Notes under the pieces: generated by a model
Database searches by the model: none
Seen by the model: only the letters and a program-made list of their open reading frames with translations
Told to the model about the DNA's origin: nothing
Virus record (IMG/VR): IMGVR_UViG_3300037419_001224
Origin: a virus
Length of the DNA: 64,000 nucleotides
Direction: 5' to 3' (one strand)
Program-made: the position numbers and the translations under genes
Shown here: positions 1-9,437 of the stretch, piece by piece
Layout: every line of letters starts with the position of its first letter
How positions within the stretch are numbered: position 1 is the first letter of the stretch

Positions 1-3000
1 TCGGATCGAGCTCCTTCAATGGCGCAAACTGGTCGAACACCCCCTGCACCAGGTTTTTCTTCCAGTCGGTCTTGAATGCGTTGAGCTGCTGCTGCAGGGT
101 TTCCGGCTTGCCGAGCACGTTGTCGGCAGCGCGCTTTTGCGCGGGCGTGAGATTGCCCAGCCCGCGAGAGGTGGACTTCTTTACTCCTTGAACCGGAACT
201 GCTCCGGCAGCGACGCCTCGATCTCCGGCCCCAGCGACTCGTCCGGGTGCAGTGTCGGGTCCATTGCCAGCACGTAATTTCGCCTGGTAAGAGGTCTGTT
301 GGTCTCCTGCAGAAACTGCAGAATCGGGTCTTGCCCACTCCGGGAGTTCGATTCCTCCTGCGGCTTCGGCGATGCCTTGGCGGACTTGGTCAATGGTGAT
401 TTCATCGTTCCTGTACTCCTTCCAGAGATTGTTAATTTTACCAACGATCTCTTGGTCGCGCTTCTGTCCCGGCCTGAACAAGCCACGTACCGCTTCCCAG
501 GTAATGCTCTGCATTTCACGCGGCAACAGGTTGCGATCTTCCGCAGCGCGCCGGTACGCTTCCTGGTTCAGCGAGTAGGTGCCGGACAGCCCATGCGCGG
601 CGCTGCTGCCGGTCCCGGCCCCAGTGCCGAAATTGTGCTTGACCTCGGTGGACTTGCCGGACATCGGCGACAGGTGCGCCGCCGCGATCGCGTGCGTGTC
701 GATCGTGGTGTGGCCCGCGTCCGAGTTCGGCTCGATGATGTTGTTGTAGAAGTTGCGGACCTTGTGCTCGGAACCGAGATTGGCGCTGATGTTCTCGATC
801 GACGAGTCGTTCAGGATGGCCAGCGCCTTGGAAATGGTCCGGTAGTCGGGCCACGCGATGCCGCGCTTGTCGGTCCCGTTCGATTGCTTTTTCCAGTCAC
901 CGAAGTTGCCCTCGGGCGTCACGACGCGAAAGCCCGGATCGTGGAACGTCTCGCTGTAGGCGCGCACGAAGAACGCCTGCGCCATCGGGCTGAGCTGCCC
1001 CATCGGCGCGGCTTGCGCGCTCTTCTGCTGGTCGTGCAGGATGGCAAGCGATTCGGTCTTTTCATCCGCCGACTTTTTCTTGTCGTCCCGGATCGTCTTC
1101 TCCTGCTTGCGCACGAACCCGTCCATCTCCGGCTGCCAGGTTGCGTCCTGGTGGTTCTTCCAGATATCGATCGTGCGCTCGGCCAGCGACACGTTCTGGA
1201 ACCAGTCCTTCTGCGGGCTGAACACCGCCAGCACGCCGGCAGCCGTGCGCGGCTCGATATCGTTCTTCGCGGCCCAGCGGTGCGCGATATTGTTCGCGCC
1301 GTCGTACCACAGCTTGGCGCGCTTGCGCAGGTTCGGCGGCATCAGGTCATGCAGCCACAGCAGGTTGTCCTTCATGTGGTTGATCAGGTCGTCCGCCTTC
1401 GCTTCCACGGGAAGACGCTCGTCGACCTTCGGCATGGTCGGATAACGCGCCATCAGCTCGACATTCTTCGCGAACGATGCCGGGTGCAGCCTGGCCGCGT
1501 CGAGCCCGGTCGTGAGCAGTTCCTTGGCCGGATCGCCGACCCGCTTGCTGGCGACCGCCCATGGCGCACGCGTGCCGATCTGATCGCCCTTGCGCTCGAC
1601 CGACTTCAGCACGATCTTCGCGTCGGGGTTTTTCTCGATCGTCGGCGCATTGGCCTGCGCCAGTTCCTTCTGCGACAGCAGTTCACCACGCGCCTGGCGG
1701 CGGCGCAGTTCGATCTGCTGGTCGAGGGGATCGGGCTTGCCGGCCAGTGGTTTTGGCTGCGGCTGCTCGGGCAGCGCGAGCTGCGTGTTGCGCTTGCCAA
1801 TGCCCTGCGCCATCCCCTCGCGGGTGCGGGCAGCGACACTTTCAAGCTTGGCAACTGCCTGGTAGTTCGGCCCTCGGGACGGGCCGGTTACAGCTCGTTC
1901 GGTTCGGGCGGGGAGGACTCCGGCGGCGCGCTCTGCGGCGTCGAGTTTTTGGGCGAGGAGGCCGGATGCTTCGGCACGAAAACGATCGTAGGCACCGCGA
2001 ACGGGTGGCCCGCTGGGAGCGGTGTACCCGGCGGATTGTGAACGACCTGGTGCTTGAATTTCATCTTGTCCATAGCTCGCCTTGTCGATGAAGGAAACAT
2101 ATGCCTCGTGGGTTTGGACAGGGTATTCGCCGCCCAGTTTCGCATTGACGGCTTCCGCCAGCTCCTGCACGCGTTCCAGCGGCACCGCCATCGCCATCTG
2201 TCCGTTGGCGGTCGTATGGCCCTGGATCTCGCCATTATTGATCTGGTAGATCTGTTTGTACAGTGCGCCGACATCCGCGTCTTTCGGCACGGCAACGGTA
2301 ATCAGGCCCACCTTTTCCGCGCCCGCCACGCCCGGCTTCGGCGTCACCACCATCATGCTGTCCTGCGACAGCGTGTAGCCGGCGAACTTCGCGGCCCGCT
2401 CGATCTGGGCCGGCGTCGACGATGGATCGAGCTGGAGCTGGAACGACGGGTTCGTTTCGCCCAGGTAGCCGCCCAGTTGCGGGATCATCTTGCCGCGCAC
2501 GTCGATCGTGCGCAACACGTTCGGGATCACCTGTTGCGCGACCTCGGACGAGATCGCGAACTTCTGGTCAGCCGGCAATGCGTTCCAGCGCGACGTCAGC
2601 TCCGCATTGTTCGGGTCGGGCGCGACCTCGAACATCACCGCGCTCTCGCCGCCTTGCCCTTGCTGGCGGTTCAGGTAGTCGGACAGTGCGGTGACCGCCG
2701 CTTCGCGCACGCTGCCCAGGTGCGCCACGTACTGGTCGGTCTGGAACCGGCGCATCATCCCGCCCAGCACGGTCGTGATGTTGCTGATCACGTTGCGCAC
2801 GAACCCGACCACGCGCTCGGCCACGGTCGGATTGCCGATCCGGTCGAACACGCGGTTCCAGAACTCGGGCTCCGCGAACCGGTTGCCGAACAGGTCCGCC
2901 GCGATCTCTTCCATCTTGCCGGCCTCGGACAGCTCCGGCTGGTTCACGTACGCATCCAGCGCTTTCAGGTGCTCTTCGCTGAGCTCAGGCTTGACCGCTT

Positions 3001-4714
3001 CGATGAACGCGGAGCGGATATCGTCCGGCATCGTGTGCGTGAACTCGTGCCCGAACGTGACCAGGAACGAAGCTGCGCCGCTGCTGTTGCGGTTGATGAA
3101 GATGGTGCCGGGATTGTCGGCCAGCGAAAACCCGTCCAGGTGCTTGCTGCCGCCTTCCTGCTCGAAGAACTGCACATCCAGGTGCAGCCCCTGCGCGAGC
3201 GTGCGCAGGAAGTCCGCCTGCCCCTGGCCGAGTTCATTGCTGTCCGGGTTGATCACGTTCGGCAACTGGTCCGGTGCCACCAGCCGCAGCGATCCCGTTT
3301 CGTCGGACTCGGCTTTCGCCAATAACTGCTGGGTCGCCCGCTCGGCCTGCGCCGCTTGCATCACGCCCGAGTCGTTCAATAACCCGTTCAGGTCGGTGAT
3401 CGCCTGCTCGCGTTCCGGCGTCGCGAGTTCCGGGTTGCCGGCCCGGTTCATCAGATCCTGCAGCGTATTGCGCTGTTCCTGCGACAGCCCATTGACGTAC
3501 GAGCGCATCGCATTGCTGGTGGTCGCCATGCGGGTCTGCTCGTCCAGCGCGAGTGATTCCGGCGCGGGGCCGACATCGATGTCCGTGGTCCGCTGGTTGA
3601 TCTCGTTGAACGCGGCGATCGCGTCGTCGATCGATTGCGCGTTATCCAGCGCTTCGAGTCCGGGATCGGCATTCACCGGGGCGATCGGCGATTCGGTCCT
3701 GCCAGGCTCCAGCGGGCCGACCGACTGTTCGATATTCCCGGCGGTCATCCGGCCAGCCATGTGCATCGGCGCGGCGGACACGCCTCCGGCCATTATGCCG
3801 CTGGCGAACGCCTTGCCGGCATCGAACGGCATGTCCGGTTCGGCAGCGCGCTTGCCTTCCACGCCGACATAATCCTCGTACGTGTTCTGCAATCCCTCTT
3901 CCAGTGCCGGCTTGCCGATGTTCGCCAGCGCGCCCTTGATGCCGGACTCGGTCACCTGGCCGGACATCAGCTTGCCTTCGAGCGCGCCGGTGCCGAATGC
4001 GCCGGACATCAGCGTCGTCGCGATGCCGGTTTTCACCGCCGCCTCGGTGGCGACCGACTTCGCTTCCTCGGGGCTGAACCCTTTCTGCTCCAGGAAATCC
4101 TGCACCTCGGCACCGGTCGGGCCGGCGGACAGCACGCCCTCGGTAGCTGCCGCCGCAGCGGTCGCCGCCCACTTCTCGGCGGCAAGGCGTCCAGCAGTGA
4201 CGGCAGTCGCCTCGGTCGCGCCGGCAGTCCGAGCGGCATTGAACGCCAGGCGCGTGGCGATGCTGGCCCCGCCGCCAGAAGCGAGCCCCGGAATGATGGT
4301 CGGCATCGACGACACCACGAGATCGGCCAGCGCCAGCGGTTCTTCCTTGAACGCCTTCAGCGTGTCGAGGAAGCCATCGGCCTTCTCGTACCGCTGCAGC
4401 GCCCTGGCCATGTCCGGGTCTTTCATCTGCATCTCGGCCAGCCGCTGCTCCTGCTCTTGTCCCCAGTTCTCCAGCGTGTCGGAACCGACCAGCCAGCCGA
4501 TCCCCTTGACCAGGTTCGCGGCACCCTTCGAGAACGACAGCGGCGCACGCCCGTACGGTTGCTCTTCCGGTGCGCTGGGCGTCGAGACCTCGGGCCGATA
4601 CGACGTGAGCGGCTCCCAGCCGCCGATGTCGAGCGGGCCGCGCCGTTCTTCTTCCTGGGGCACGCTGGCCCCGGACAAAGGTTCCCAGTCGGCGATGTCG
4701 ATCAGGCTGTTCAT
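1..4714 (-). CDS. Giant virion-associated multidomain protein, N-terminal >=1571 aa (Bcep22 gp75/DarB-like); C-terminus lies outside the window
   Basis: Hand translation of the minus frame whose codon low coordinates are 2 mod 3. ATG at 4714-4712 (MNSLIDIADWE...) overlaps the upstream stop as ATGA. I saw no stop down to base 1. A zincin-like HExxH (FGHEFTHTM) lies near 3.0 kb. The long plus-strand ORFs 299..2041, 2054..3325 and 3635..5431 are its same-phase antisense shadows. It is absent from the ORF track because it has no in-window stop. Confidence 0.85.
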   Translation of the reverse strand, partial: MNSLIDIADWEPLSGASVPQEEERRGPLDIGGWEPLTSYRPEVSTPSAPEEQPYGRAPLSFSKGAANLVKGIGWLVGSDTLENWGQEQEQRLAEMQMKDPDMARALQRYEKADGFLDTLKAFKEEPLALADLVVSSMPTIIPGLASGGGASIATRLAFNAARTAGATEATAVTAGRLAAEKWAATAAAAATEGVLSAGPTGAEVQDFLEQKGFSPEEAKSVATEAAVKTGIATTLMSGAFGTGALEGKLMSGQVTESGIKGALANIGKPALEEGLQNTYEDYVGVEGKRAAEPDMPFDAGKAFASGIMAGGVSAAPMHMAGRMTAGNIEQSVGPLEPGRTESPIAPVNADPGLEALDNAQSIDDAIAAFNEINQRTTDIDVGPAPESLALDEQTRMATTSNAMRSYVNGLSQEQRNTLQDLMNRAGNPELATPEREQAITDLNGLLNDSGVMQAAQAERATQQLLAKAESDETGSLRLVAPDQLPNVINPDSNELGQGQADFLRTLAQGLHLDVQFFEQEGGSKHLDGFSLADNPGTIFINRNSSGAASFLVTFGHEFTHTMPDDIRSAFIEAVKPELSEEHLKALDAYVNQPELSEAGKMEEIAADLFGNRFAEPEFWNRVFDRIGNPTVAERVVGFVRNVISNITTVLGGMMRRFQTDQYVAHLGSVREAAVTALSDYLNRQQGQGGESAVMFEVAPDPNNAELTSRWNALPADQKFAISSEVAQQVIPNVLRTIDVRGKMIPQLGGYLGETNPSFQLQLDPSSTPAQIERAAKFAGYTLSQDSMMVVTPKPGVAGAEKVGLITVAVPKDADVGALYKQIYQINNGEIQGHTTANGQMAMAVPLERVQELAEAVNAKLGGEYPVQTHEAYVSFIDKASYGQDEIQAPGRSQSAGYTAPSGPPVRGAYDRFRAEASGLLAQKLDAAERAAGVLPARTERAVTGPSRGPNYQAVAKLESVAARTREGMAQGIGKRNTQLALPEQPQPKPLAGKPDPLDQQIELRRRQARGELLSQKELAQANAPTIEKNPDAKIVLKSVERKGDQIGTRAPWAVASKRVGDPAKELLTTGLDAARLHPASFAKNVELMARYPTMPKVDERLPVEAKADDLINHMKDNLLWLHDLMPPNLRKRAKLWYDGANNIAHRWAAKNDIEPRTAAGVLAVFSPQKDWFQNVSLAERTIDIWKNHQDATWQPEMDGFVRKQEKTIRDDKKKSADEKTESLAILHDQQKSAQAAPMGQLSPMAQAFFVRAYSETFHDPGFRVVTPEGNFGDWKKQSNGTDKRGIAWPDYRTISKALAILNDSSIENISANLGSEHKVRNFYNNIIEPNSDAGHTTIDTHAIAAAHLSPMSGKSTEVKHNFGTGAGTGSSAAHGLSGTYSLNQEAYRRAAEDRNLLPREMQSITWEAVRGLFRPGQKRDQEIVGKINNLWKEYRNDEITIDQVRQGIAEAAGGIELPEWARPDSAVSAGDQQTSYQAKLRAGNGPDTAPGRVAGAGDRGVAAGAVPVQGVKKSTSRGLGNLTPAQKRAADNVLGKPETLQQQLNAFKTDWKKNLVQGVFDQFAPLKELDP

Positions 4715-5778
4715 TGCATGAACTCTTCCGGCTCGTTGTCCCGGTTATCGCGGATGAAGGGAGCGAGGATGCCGCCGAGCGGACGGCTCGCGGGCGCGGG
4801 GGCCGGTACCGCAGCCGGCTTCGGTTTCGCCGGAGCTGGCGCGGCTTTCGGCTTCGGCGGCTCGATGAAGCGGCTCAATGCCGGCGGCAGCGGCAGCCCC
4901 ACGCCGTTGCCGAGATCGATCGCGATCTTGTCGCCCTTCTTGACCAGCGGCGTGGTGCCGTTGACGACACCGTCGACGAGCTGGTACGCGGACGACACGC
5001 TGATGTTCGCATCCTCGGCGATCGACAGCGTTGCCGCCTTCTTCGCGGTCAGGTTCGCGTGCTCGGTCTCGACGGCGGATTTCGCTTTCGGGTCCATCGC
5101 GATCATCGGGTCTTTCAGCGCGTTCTCGTACGCGGCGTCTTTCGCACCGAAGATCGCGTTCAACTGGGTCGTGCGATCGCGGTCCTTCTTCGAGTCCTGC
5201 GCGCTGGTGCGGGCTTCGGCGGCATCGGTCTGCGCCTTGATCAAGCCAAGACGCGCCTCGGCCAATGCGCCGGTCAGCGCCACTCCCTGCTGGCGCAGCG
5301 CCAGGTTTTGCTCGCCCAGTTGCTGGCGCATGGCGAGGTTCGCTTCGCCCAGCCTGAGCTGGTTCTCGGTCGCCTGCGCACGGATCGCGTTCGCCTCTTC
5401 CTTGTTGTTGGCGGCGGCGACATCCTTGTAGGCGTCGACGTGGCCTGCCTTGAGCAGCGCATCGGCAACGATCTTTCCCTGGTCTTCCCCTTCCGGCGCA
5501 TTGGCGATCGCATTCGAGATGACACCGCTGACCTCGCCCCTTTTCTGCTTGTCCAGGTCCATCTTGTACAGCAGCAGGTTCTTGTTCATCTGCGTTTCCA
5601 GGTCGATGCGGTCGCGCTGCATGTTGCGCTCGTTCTCCATCCGCATCTGTTCGATCTGCTGCGCGGCGGCGAACCGGCGCTCCTGCTGCTGCGCCTCGAA
5701 GCCCTGGTGCATGAATTCCTTGCCGACGTCGGCCATGCCCGCGCCGAGCCCGCCGAGTGCGCCCATGATGATGCCCAT
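4711..5778 (-). CDS. Coiled-coil internal virion/ejection-type protein
   Basis: 355-aa ORF. Gly-rich N-terminus, long Q/A/E/K coiled-coil, Pro/Ala/Lys-rich C-terminus. Translationally coupled to its neighbours. Confidence 0.6.
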   Translation of the reverse strand: MGIIMGALGGLGAGMADVGKEFMHQGFEAQQQERRFAAAQQIEQMRMENERNMQRDRIDLETQMNKNLLLYKMDLDKQKRGEVSGVISNAIANAPEGEDQGKIVADALLKAGHVDAYKDVAAANNKEEANAIRAQATENQLRLGEANLAMRQQLGEQNLALRQQGVALTGALAEARLGLIKAQTDAAEARTSAQDSKKDRDRTTQLNAIFGAKDAAYENALKDPMIAMDPKAKSAVETEHANLTAKKAATLSIAEDANISVSSAYQLVDGVVNGTTPLVKKGDKIAIDLGNGVGLPLPPALSRFIEPPKPKAAPAPAKPKPAAVPAPAPASRPLGGILAPFIRDNRDNEPEEFMQ

Positions 5779-6299
5779 TACCGTGCTCCCATTGCACCGT
5801 TAATCACGCCAGCTTGCGCCTGGGGAACCTGTTGCGGTTGCTGAGGCTGCTGTCTTGCGGCCAACCCTTGCTGGATCGCCTGCTGCATGCCGCCTGGCGA
5901 GATGTTGAACAGTTGCAGCAACGCCGATGCGTACGCCTTGAACGCGGCAGCGATCGTCTTGTTGTCCGCCGTGATCTGTCCTGCCTGTTCCATGAAGTCG
6001 AGCCCGTAGCACAGCAATACCTGGCCGGCAGGCACCATCGCTTCCATCGGCAGGCTGCCGCGACTGTCGCGGATCAGCAACCCCACCAGCTTGGCGGCGG
6101 CTTCGCCCGCGTTTTCCGCAGGATTGCCGGGGCGCGTGAGTTGCTGGATCATCATCCGGTGCGTTTCCGACGAATGCATGACCTTCAGCCCCGCCATCAC
6201 GCCGCGCTCGAACACCGGGCGCAGCCTCGGGTCCACCATCGACGCGGTCTTGGCGGCGATCTGCGTGAGGGTCGGGTTCTTGATATCCAGCATGGTCAT
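5778..6299 (-). CDS. Hypothetical virion-module protein
   Basis: 173-aa ORF with good GC3. Start and stop overlap the neighbouring genes. Confidence 0.6.
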   Translation of the reverse strand: MTMLDIKNPTLTQIAAKTASMVDPRLRPVFERGVMAGLKVMHSSETHRMMIQQLTRPGNPAENAGEAAAKLVGLLIRDSRGSLPMEAMVPAGQVLLCYGLDFMEQAGQITADNKTIAAAFKAYASALLQLFNISPGGMQQAIQQGLAARQQPQQPQQVPQAQAGVINGAMGAR

Positions 6300-7282
6300 G
6301 CCCTCCGTGTGTTAATGATGCCGATCGGCGCAGGACGGGTCGACGCGGCCTGGCTCAGGTTATGCTGCTTCTCTTCCACGAGATCGGTGCGCCGCTTTTC
6401 CTGGTCCGCTTCCTGCTGCTTGATGTCCAGCATGCGGTCCACGTTGTGCTGCTGCTGGATGCCCTGCAGCGTCTGCCCCGCCATGTTCATCGCCATGCCG
6501 GACAGTTGCGGATGCTTCTCGATCCATTCACCGAGCTTGCCAAAGCCGCCGAGAAAGTTATCTGACGCAACGGGAGGAGCCTGGAAATTGGTGTTCCACC
6601 AGTCGTACCCCTGTCCTTGCTGCGACGCGAAGCCAGCGTCGGAGAAATGCCCGCCGCCAAAGGGCGAGCTCTCCACCGGTTGCTGGATCGGGGCCATCGC
6701 CTGCGCCGGAGCCTGGGCCGGTGCCGCATACCCGGCCTGCGCCAGGCCGACGCCATTGCCTTGCGACGTCGCCAGCTCGGAGCCGATGCCGTTCGCCGCA
6801 TACGAGTCGACCGCGTCGCTCGCCACCGAAGAAGCGACTTCCGGCTGCATCGCGCCCTGCACGATCCCCTGGCCCGCCGATTGCGCGGCATCCATCGCGG
6901 TCAAGCCGGCGACGTCGCCTGCGCCCGCCGCACCGGCTGCTTCGGCTGCGCCTGCGGCATCCATTGCATAGAAGTCCGCGACGTCGCCACCGAGCGCGCC
7001 CCACGAACCGACCGATCCCGCCGCTTCCGCGCCCATCGCTTCCGTGGCGGCGGCGGCAGGAGCAGCGATCGTGCCCTCGGCAGCGCCGAACGCGCCAGTC
7101 GCCACGCCCGCCACGCCACCCGCCAGTCCCAGCGCCGCGCCGGCTTTCGTCAAATCATCTTCACCAGTCACCGCGCCAACCGCCGCAATGCCCGCACCCA
7201 CCGTGGCGACAGTGGCTGCCGTGGCGACCCCGGACGCGACGGCGGCTCCGCCCGCGACAGCCGCTACTGCAGAAAATCCCAT
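6296..7282 (-). CDS. Gly/Ala-rich internal virion protein
   Basis: 328-aa ORF. The N-terminal two thirds are low-complexity G/A/V. The C-terminus is Q-rich. Confidence 0.6.
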   Translation of the reverse strand: MGFSAVAAVAGGAAVASGVATAATVATVGAGIAAVGAVTGEDDLTKAGAALGLAGGVAGVATGAFGAAEGTIAAPAAAATEAMGAEAAGSVGSWGALGGDVADFYAMDAAGAAEAAGAAGAGDVAGLTAMDAAQSAGQGIVQGAMQPEVASSVASDAVDSYAANGIGSELATSQGNGVGLAQAGYAAPAQAPAQAMAPIQQPVESSPFGGGHFSDAGFASQQGQGYDWWNTNFQAPPVASDNFLGGFGKLGEWIEKHPQLSGMAMNMAGQTLQGIQQQHNVDRMLDIKQQEADQEKRRTDLVEEKQHNLSQAASTRPAPIGIINTRRA

Positions 7283-7291
7283 GATTGCTCC

Positions 7292-7741
7292 TTACAGAAT
7301 CTTGCCGACGATGACTTCTTCATCCGCGTACCCGAGCCGGTTCAGCAAATGCTGCAGCCCGTTCGAGAACTTGCAGTGCCATGTCACTTTCTTCACGCCA
7401 CGCTCTTTCAGCGCCTGCTCGCTGAACCGGATCAGTTTCAGGCCGGTCGATCCGCCCCGGTATTCCGGGTCGACGAACAGCAAGTCGTTCGACGCCACCA
7501 GCGTGGTTTCGTAATGGATGTGCGGCGTCACGAAGAACACCGAATACCCGATCAGCCTGCCGTCTTCCCGCGCCGTGTAGATCGCCAGCACGCCCAGCTC
7601 TTCCAGCGACGCATAGCGCGCCCAGTCCGGCGCGAGCGGGATGGCGTCCTGGTGCAGCGCGATCTCCTTGTAGTGCTTGTCGAGCAGCGGCGTGATCTCG
7701 GCCCGCACGTCGTTCAGGCGTTCTTGCTGAAAAGTGATCAT
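7292..7741 (-). CDS. GNAT family N-acetyltransferase
   Basis: 149 aa. Acetyl-CoA pocket motif YRGGSTGLKLI (R/Q-x-x-G-x-G/A type) in the usual position. Confidence 0.65.
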   Translation of the reverse strand: MITFQQERLNDVRAEITPLLDKHYKEIALHQDAIPLAPDWARYASLEELGVLAIYTAREDGRLIGYSVFFVTPHIHYETTLVASNDLLFVDPEYRGGSTGLKLIRFSEQALKERGVKKVTWHCKFSNGLQHLLNRLGYADEEVIVGKIL

Positions 7742-8955
7742 CAGTAGTACCCGGTCGCGATCCCGCTGATCGTGCTCAGCGCATTCAGCCCGTCGACCAG
7801 GTTCTGTCGCTGCGTGGCTTGCGCCGATGACTTCGCATCGGGAGACAGTTCGCTGGTGTCGAGCGCGGCCAGGTTTTTCGCGTACTGGTTGAACATGTCG
7901 GCGGCGGACGCGTTCTGCTGCAGCAGCTTCTTGTACTCGCCTTCGATCGTGGCGACCTGGGCACGGGACTGCGAGTTGAGCGACGCGACGATCCTTTGCG
8001 CATCGGCATTCACGGCGGCGGTATATTTCTGCGCGTCCGCGCCGATATTGGCCACGTCACGCGATGCGCTCGCGCTGATGTTCGCGACCTGCACGCGGGA
8101 ACCGGCATCGATCTTCGCGACATCCCGCGATGCGCTCGCGCCGATATTGGCCACGCCGAGCCGGGTCCGGGAATCGACGTCGACGCCGTACCGCTGGGTC
8201 GCGTTGTTCGCATCGGTGACGTAGCGGGTCGTCTTCGCGCCGACATCGATCCCGTAACGCTGGGTGTCGTAGCCGTACTTGCGCATCTCGGCATCCTGGT
8301 CGATCCCGTAGCGCTGTGTCGCATTGTTGGTGTCCGTGACATAGCGTTGCGTTTGCGCGCCGACATCGATCCCATACTTTTGCGTATCGATGCCGTAGCG
8401 GCGCACGTCCGCATCAAGGTTGCCCAGGTATTTCTGCGTTTCCGAACCGACATCGATGCCGTACCGTTGCGTCTCGTTGTTGCGCTCGTTCATCGTCAGG
8501 CTGGTCCAGTTCGCCGCATTCGACAAGCCCGCACGGTTGGCCGCATCCGCGCTAAACGCCGCCGCCTGGTTCTGCGCATCCTGGTTGCGCACCGCGAACT
8601 GGTTCGCGATATCGGCGTTGTACGACGCCGCCTTGCCATAGGTCGACGCGTCCTGCGACGCGATCGGCAGCGCCGCCCGGTACACCGCATCCTGTCCCGC
8701 AGTGACCGCCATCGACGAGTTGATCAGCCCCCGTGCTCCGGCTTCCTGCAGCGCCTGGGCGCGTGCCTGCTGGATGATCGGGCTGTCTTCGCTGGTAATC
8801 GATGGCAGCAGGCCGGCGACGGTCTGGTTGCTGGTGACGTTCCACTGGGTCGGATCGGTGAGCTGCGCGGCGTTATAGCCGACCGTGTCGGTGACGTCCG
8901 CGCCATTGGTCTTCGCAGCTTTGGTATTCGTCATCTGGGACGAGATGATCGCCAT
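7741..8955 (-). CDS. Repeat-containing virion protein (QRYGID repeats)
   Basis: 404 aa. About eight copies of (T/A)Q(R/K)YG(I/V/Y)D interleaved with RYVTDxNNA. Followed by ANI(G/S)ASASRDVA repeats. Confidence 0.6.
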   Translation of the reverse strand: MAIISSQMTNTKAAKTNGADVTDTVGYNAAQLTDPTQWNVTSNQTVAGLLPSITSEDSPIIQQARAQALQEAGARGLINSSMAVTAGQDAVYRAALPIASQDASTYGKAASYNADIANQFAVRNQDAQNQAAAFSADAANRAGLSNAANWTSLTMNERNNETQRYGIDVGSETQKYLGNLDADVRRYGIDTQKYGIDVGAQTQRYVTDTNNATQRYGIDQDAEMRKYGYDTQRYGIDVGAKTTRYVTDANNATQRYGVDVDSRTRLGVANIGASASRDVAKIDAGSRVQVANISASASRDVANIGADAQKYTAAVNADAQRIVASLNSQSRAQVATIEGEYKKLLQQNASAADMFNQYAKNLAALDTSELSPDAKSSAQATQRQNLVDGLNALSTISGIATGYY

Positions 8956-8957
8956 GA

Positions 8958-9437
8958 TTATTCCTTCGCAAGCGTCCGCACGATCTCCTGCAGCGCCTCT
9001 AGACGCTGTTTATCGTAGTTGCAGGAGGCATAGTTTTTGGCAATAACGGTTTCAGCTTCTCTAAGGGAGACGGGGGGAGCATCAGCTCCTGGGGGATCTG
9101 CAAGCTCTTCTGCTGCAGCGGCAGCGTCGTGCCACACGCGGAAAGCGCCAGGCAGAGGAGGAAAAGTAGGGGACGCATACTGGTCGACTTTCGGAAGGTT
9201 GGATTGCGTGGCGCGACGCGAGTTATTTGCCTTTTCGACGAAGACCTTCTCGACCTTCGTCACCTGGTGCTGGCTCGCCAGCCGCGCCACCTCGGCATGG
9301 CTCTCGATCTTCAGTTGCATGTCGGCAGCCTCTTGCTTCATGCCGGCGATCTCGGCATCCAGACGCCAGCCGTTCGCGGTCCAGCCGCCGGCGAACGCGC
9401 CCACCAGCATGGCCAGCCAAATGATCCAGTTCGTCAT
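8958..9437 (-). CDS. Rz: i-spanin (Rz-like)
   Basis: Internal start MTNWIIWLAMLVGAFAGGW (N-terminal TM) overlaps the endolysin stop as ATGA. Coiled-coil periplasmic domain. Carries an embedded lipoprotein ORF. Confidence 0.7.
   Translation of the reverse strand: MTNWIIWLAMLVGAFAGGWTANGWRLDAEIAGMKQEAADMQLKIESHAEVARLASQHQVTKVEKVFVEKANNSRRATQSNLPKVDQYASPTFPPLPGAFRVWHDAAAAAEELADPPGADAPPVSLREAETVIAKNYASCNYDKQRLEALQEIVRTLAKE
8999..9178 (-). CDS. Rz1: o-spanin lipoprotein (Rz1-like), embedded in Rz in another frame
   Basis: Hand-translated 59-aa ORF MRPLLFLLCLALSACGTTLPLQQ... with lipobox LSAC and a Pro-rich mature part. Below the 60-aa cutoff of the ORF track. Confidence 0.7.
   Translation of the reverse strand: MRPLLFLLCLALSACGTTLPLQQKSLQIPQELMLPPSPLEKLKPLLPKTMPPATTINSV

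Noticed and set aside
340-360. T-arm-like string GGGAGTTCGATTCCTCC
   Set aside because: The stem halves are not complementary and there is no acceptor or D arm around it. It lies inside the giant ORF.
299-5431. Long plus-strand ORFs 299..2041, 2054..3325, 2691..3872 and 3635..5431 in the ORF track
   Set aside because: They are Arg/Leu/Val/His-rich with no recognisable motifs. They are mostly in exact antisense codon phase with the open minus-strand frame that encodes a plausible protein. This is the typical shadow ORF of a high-GC gene.
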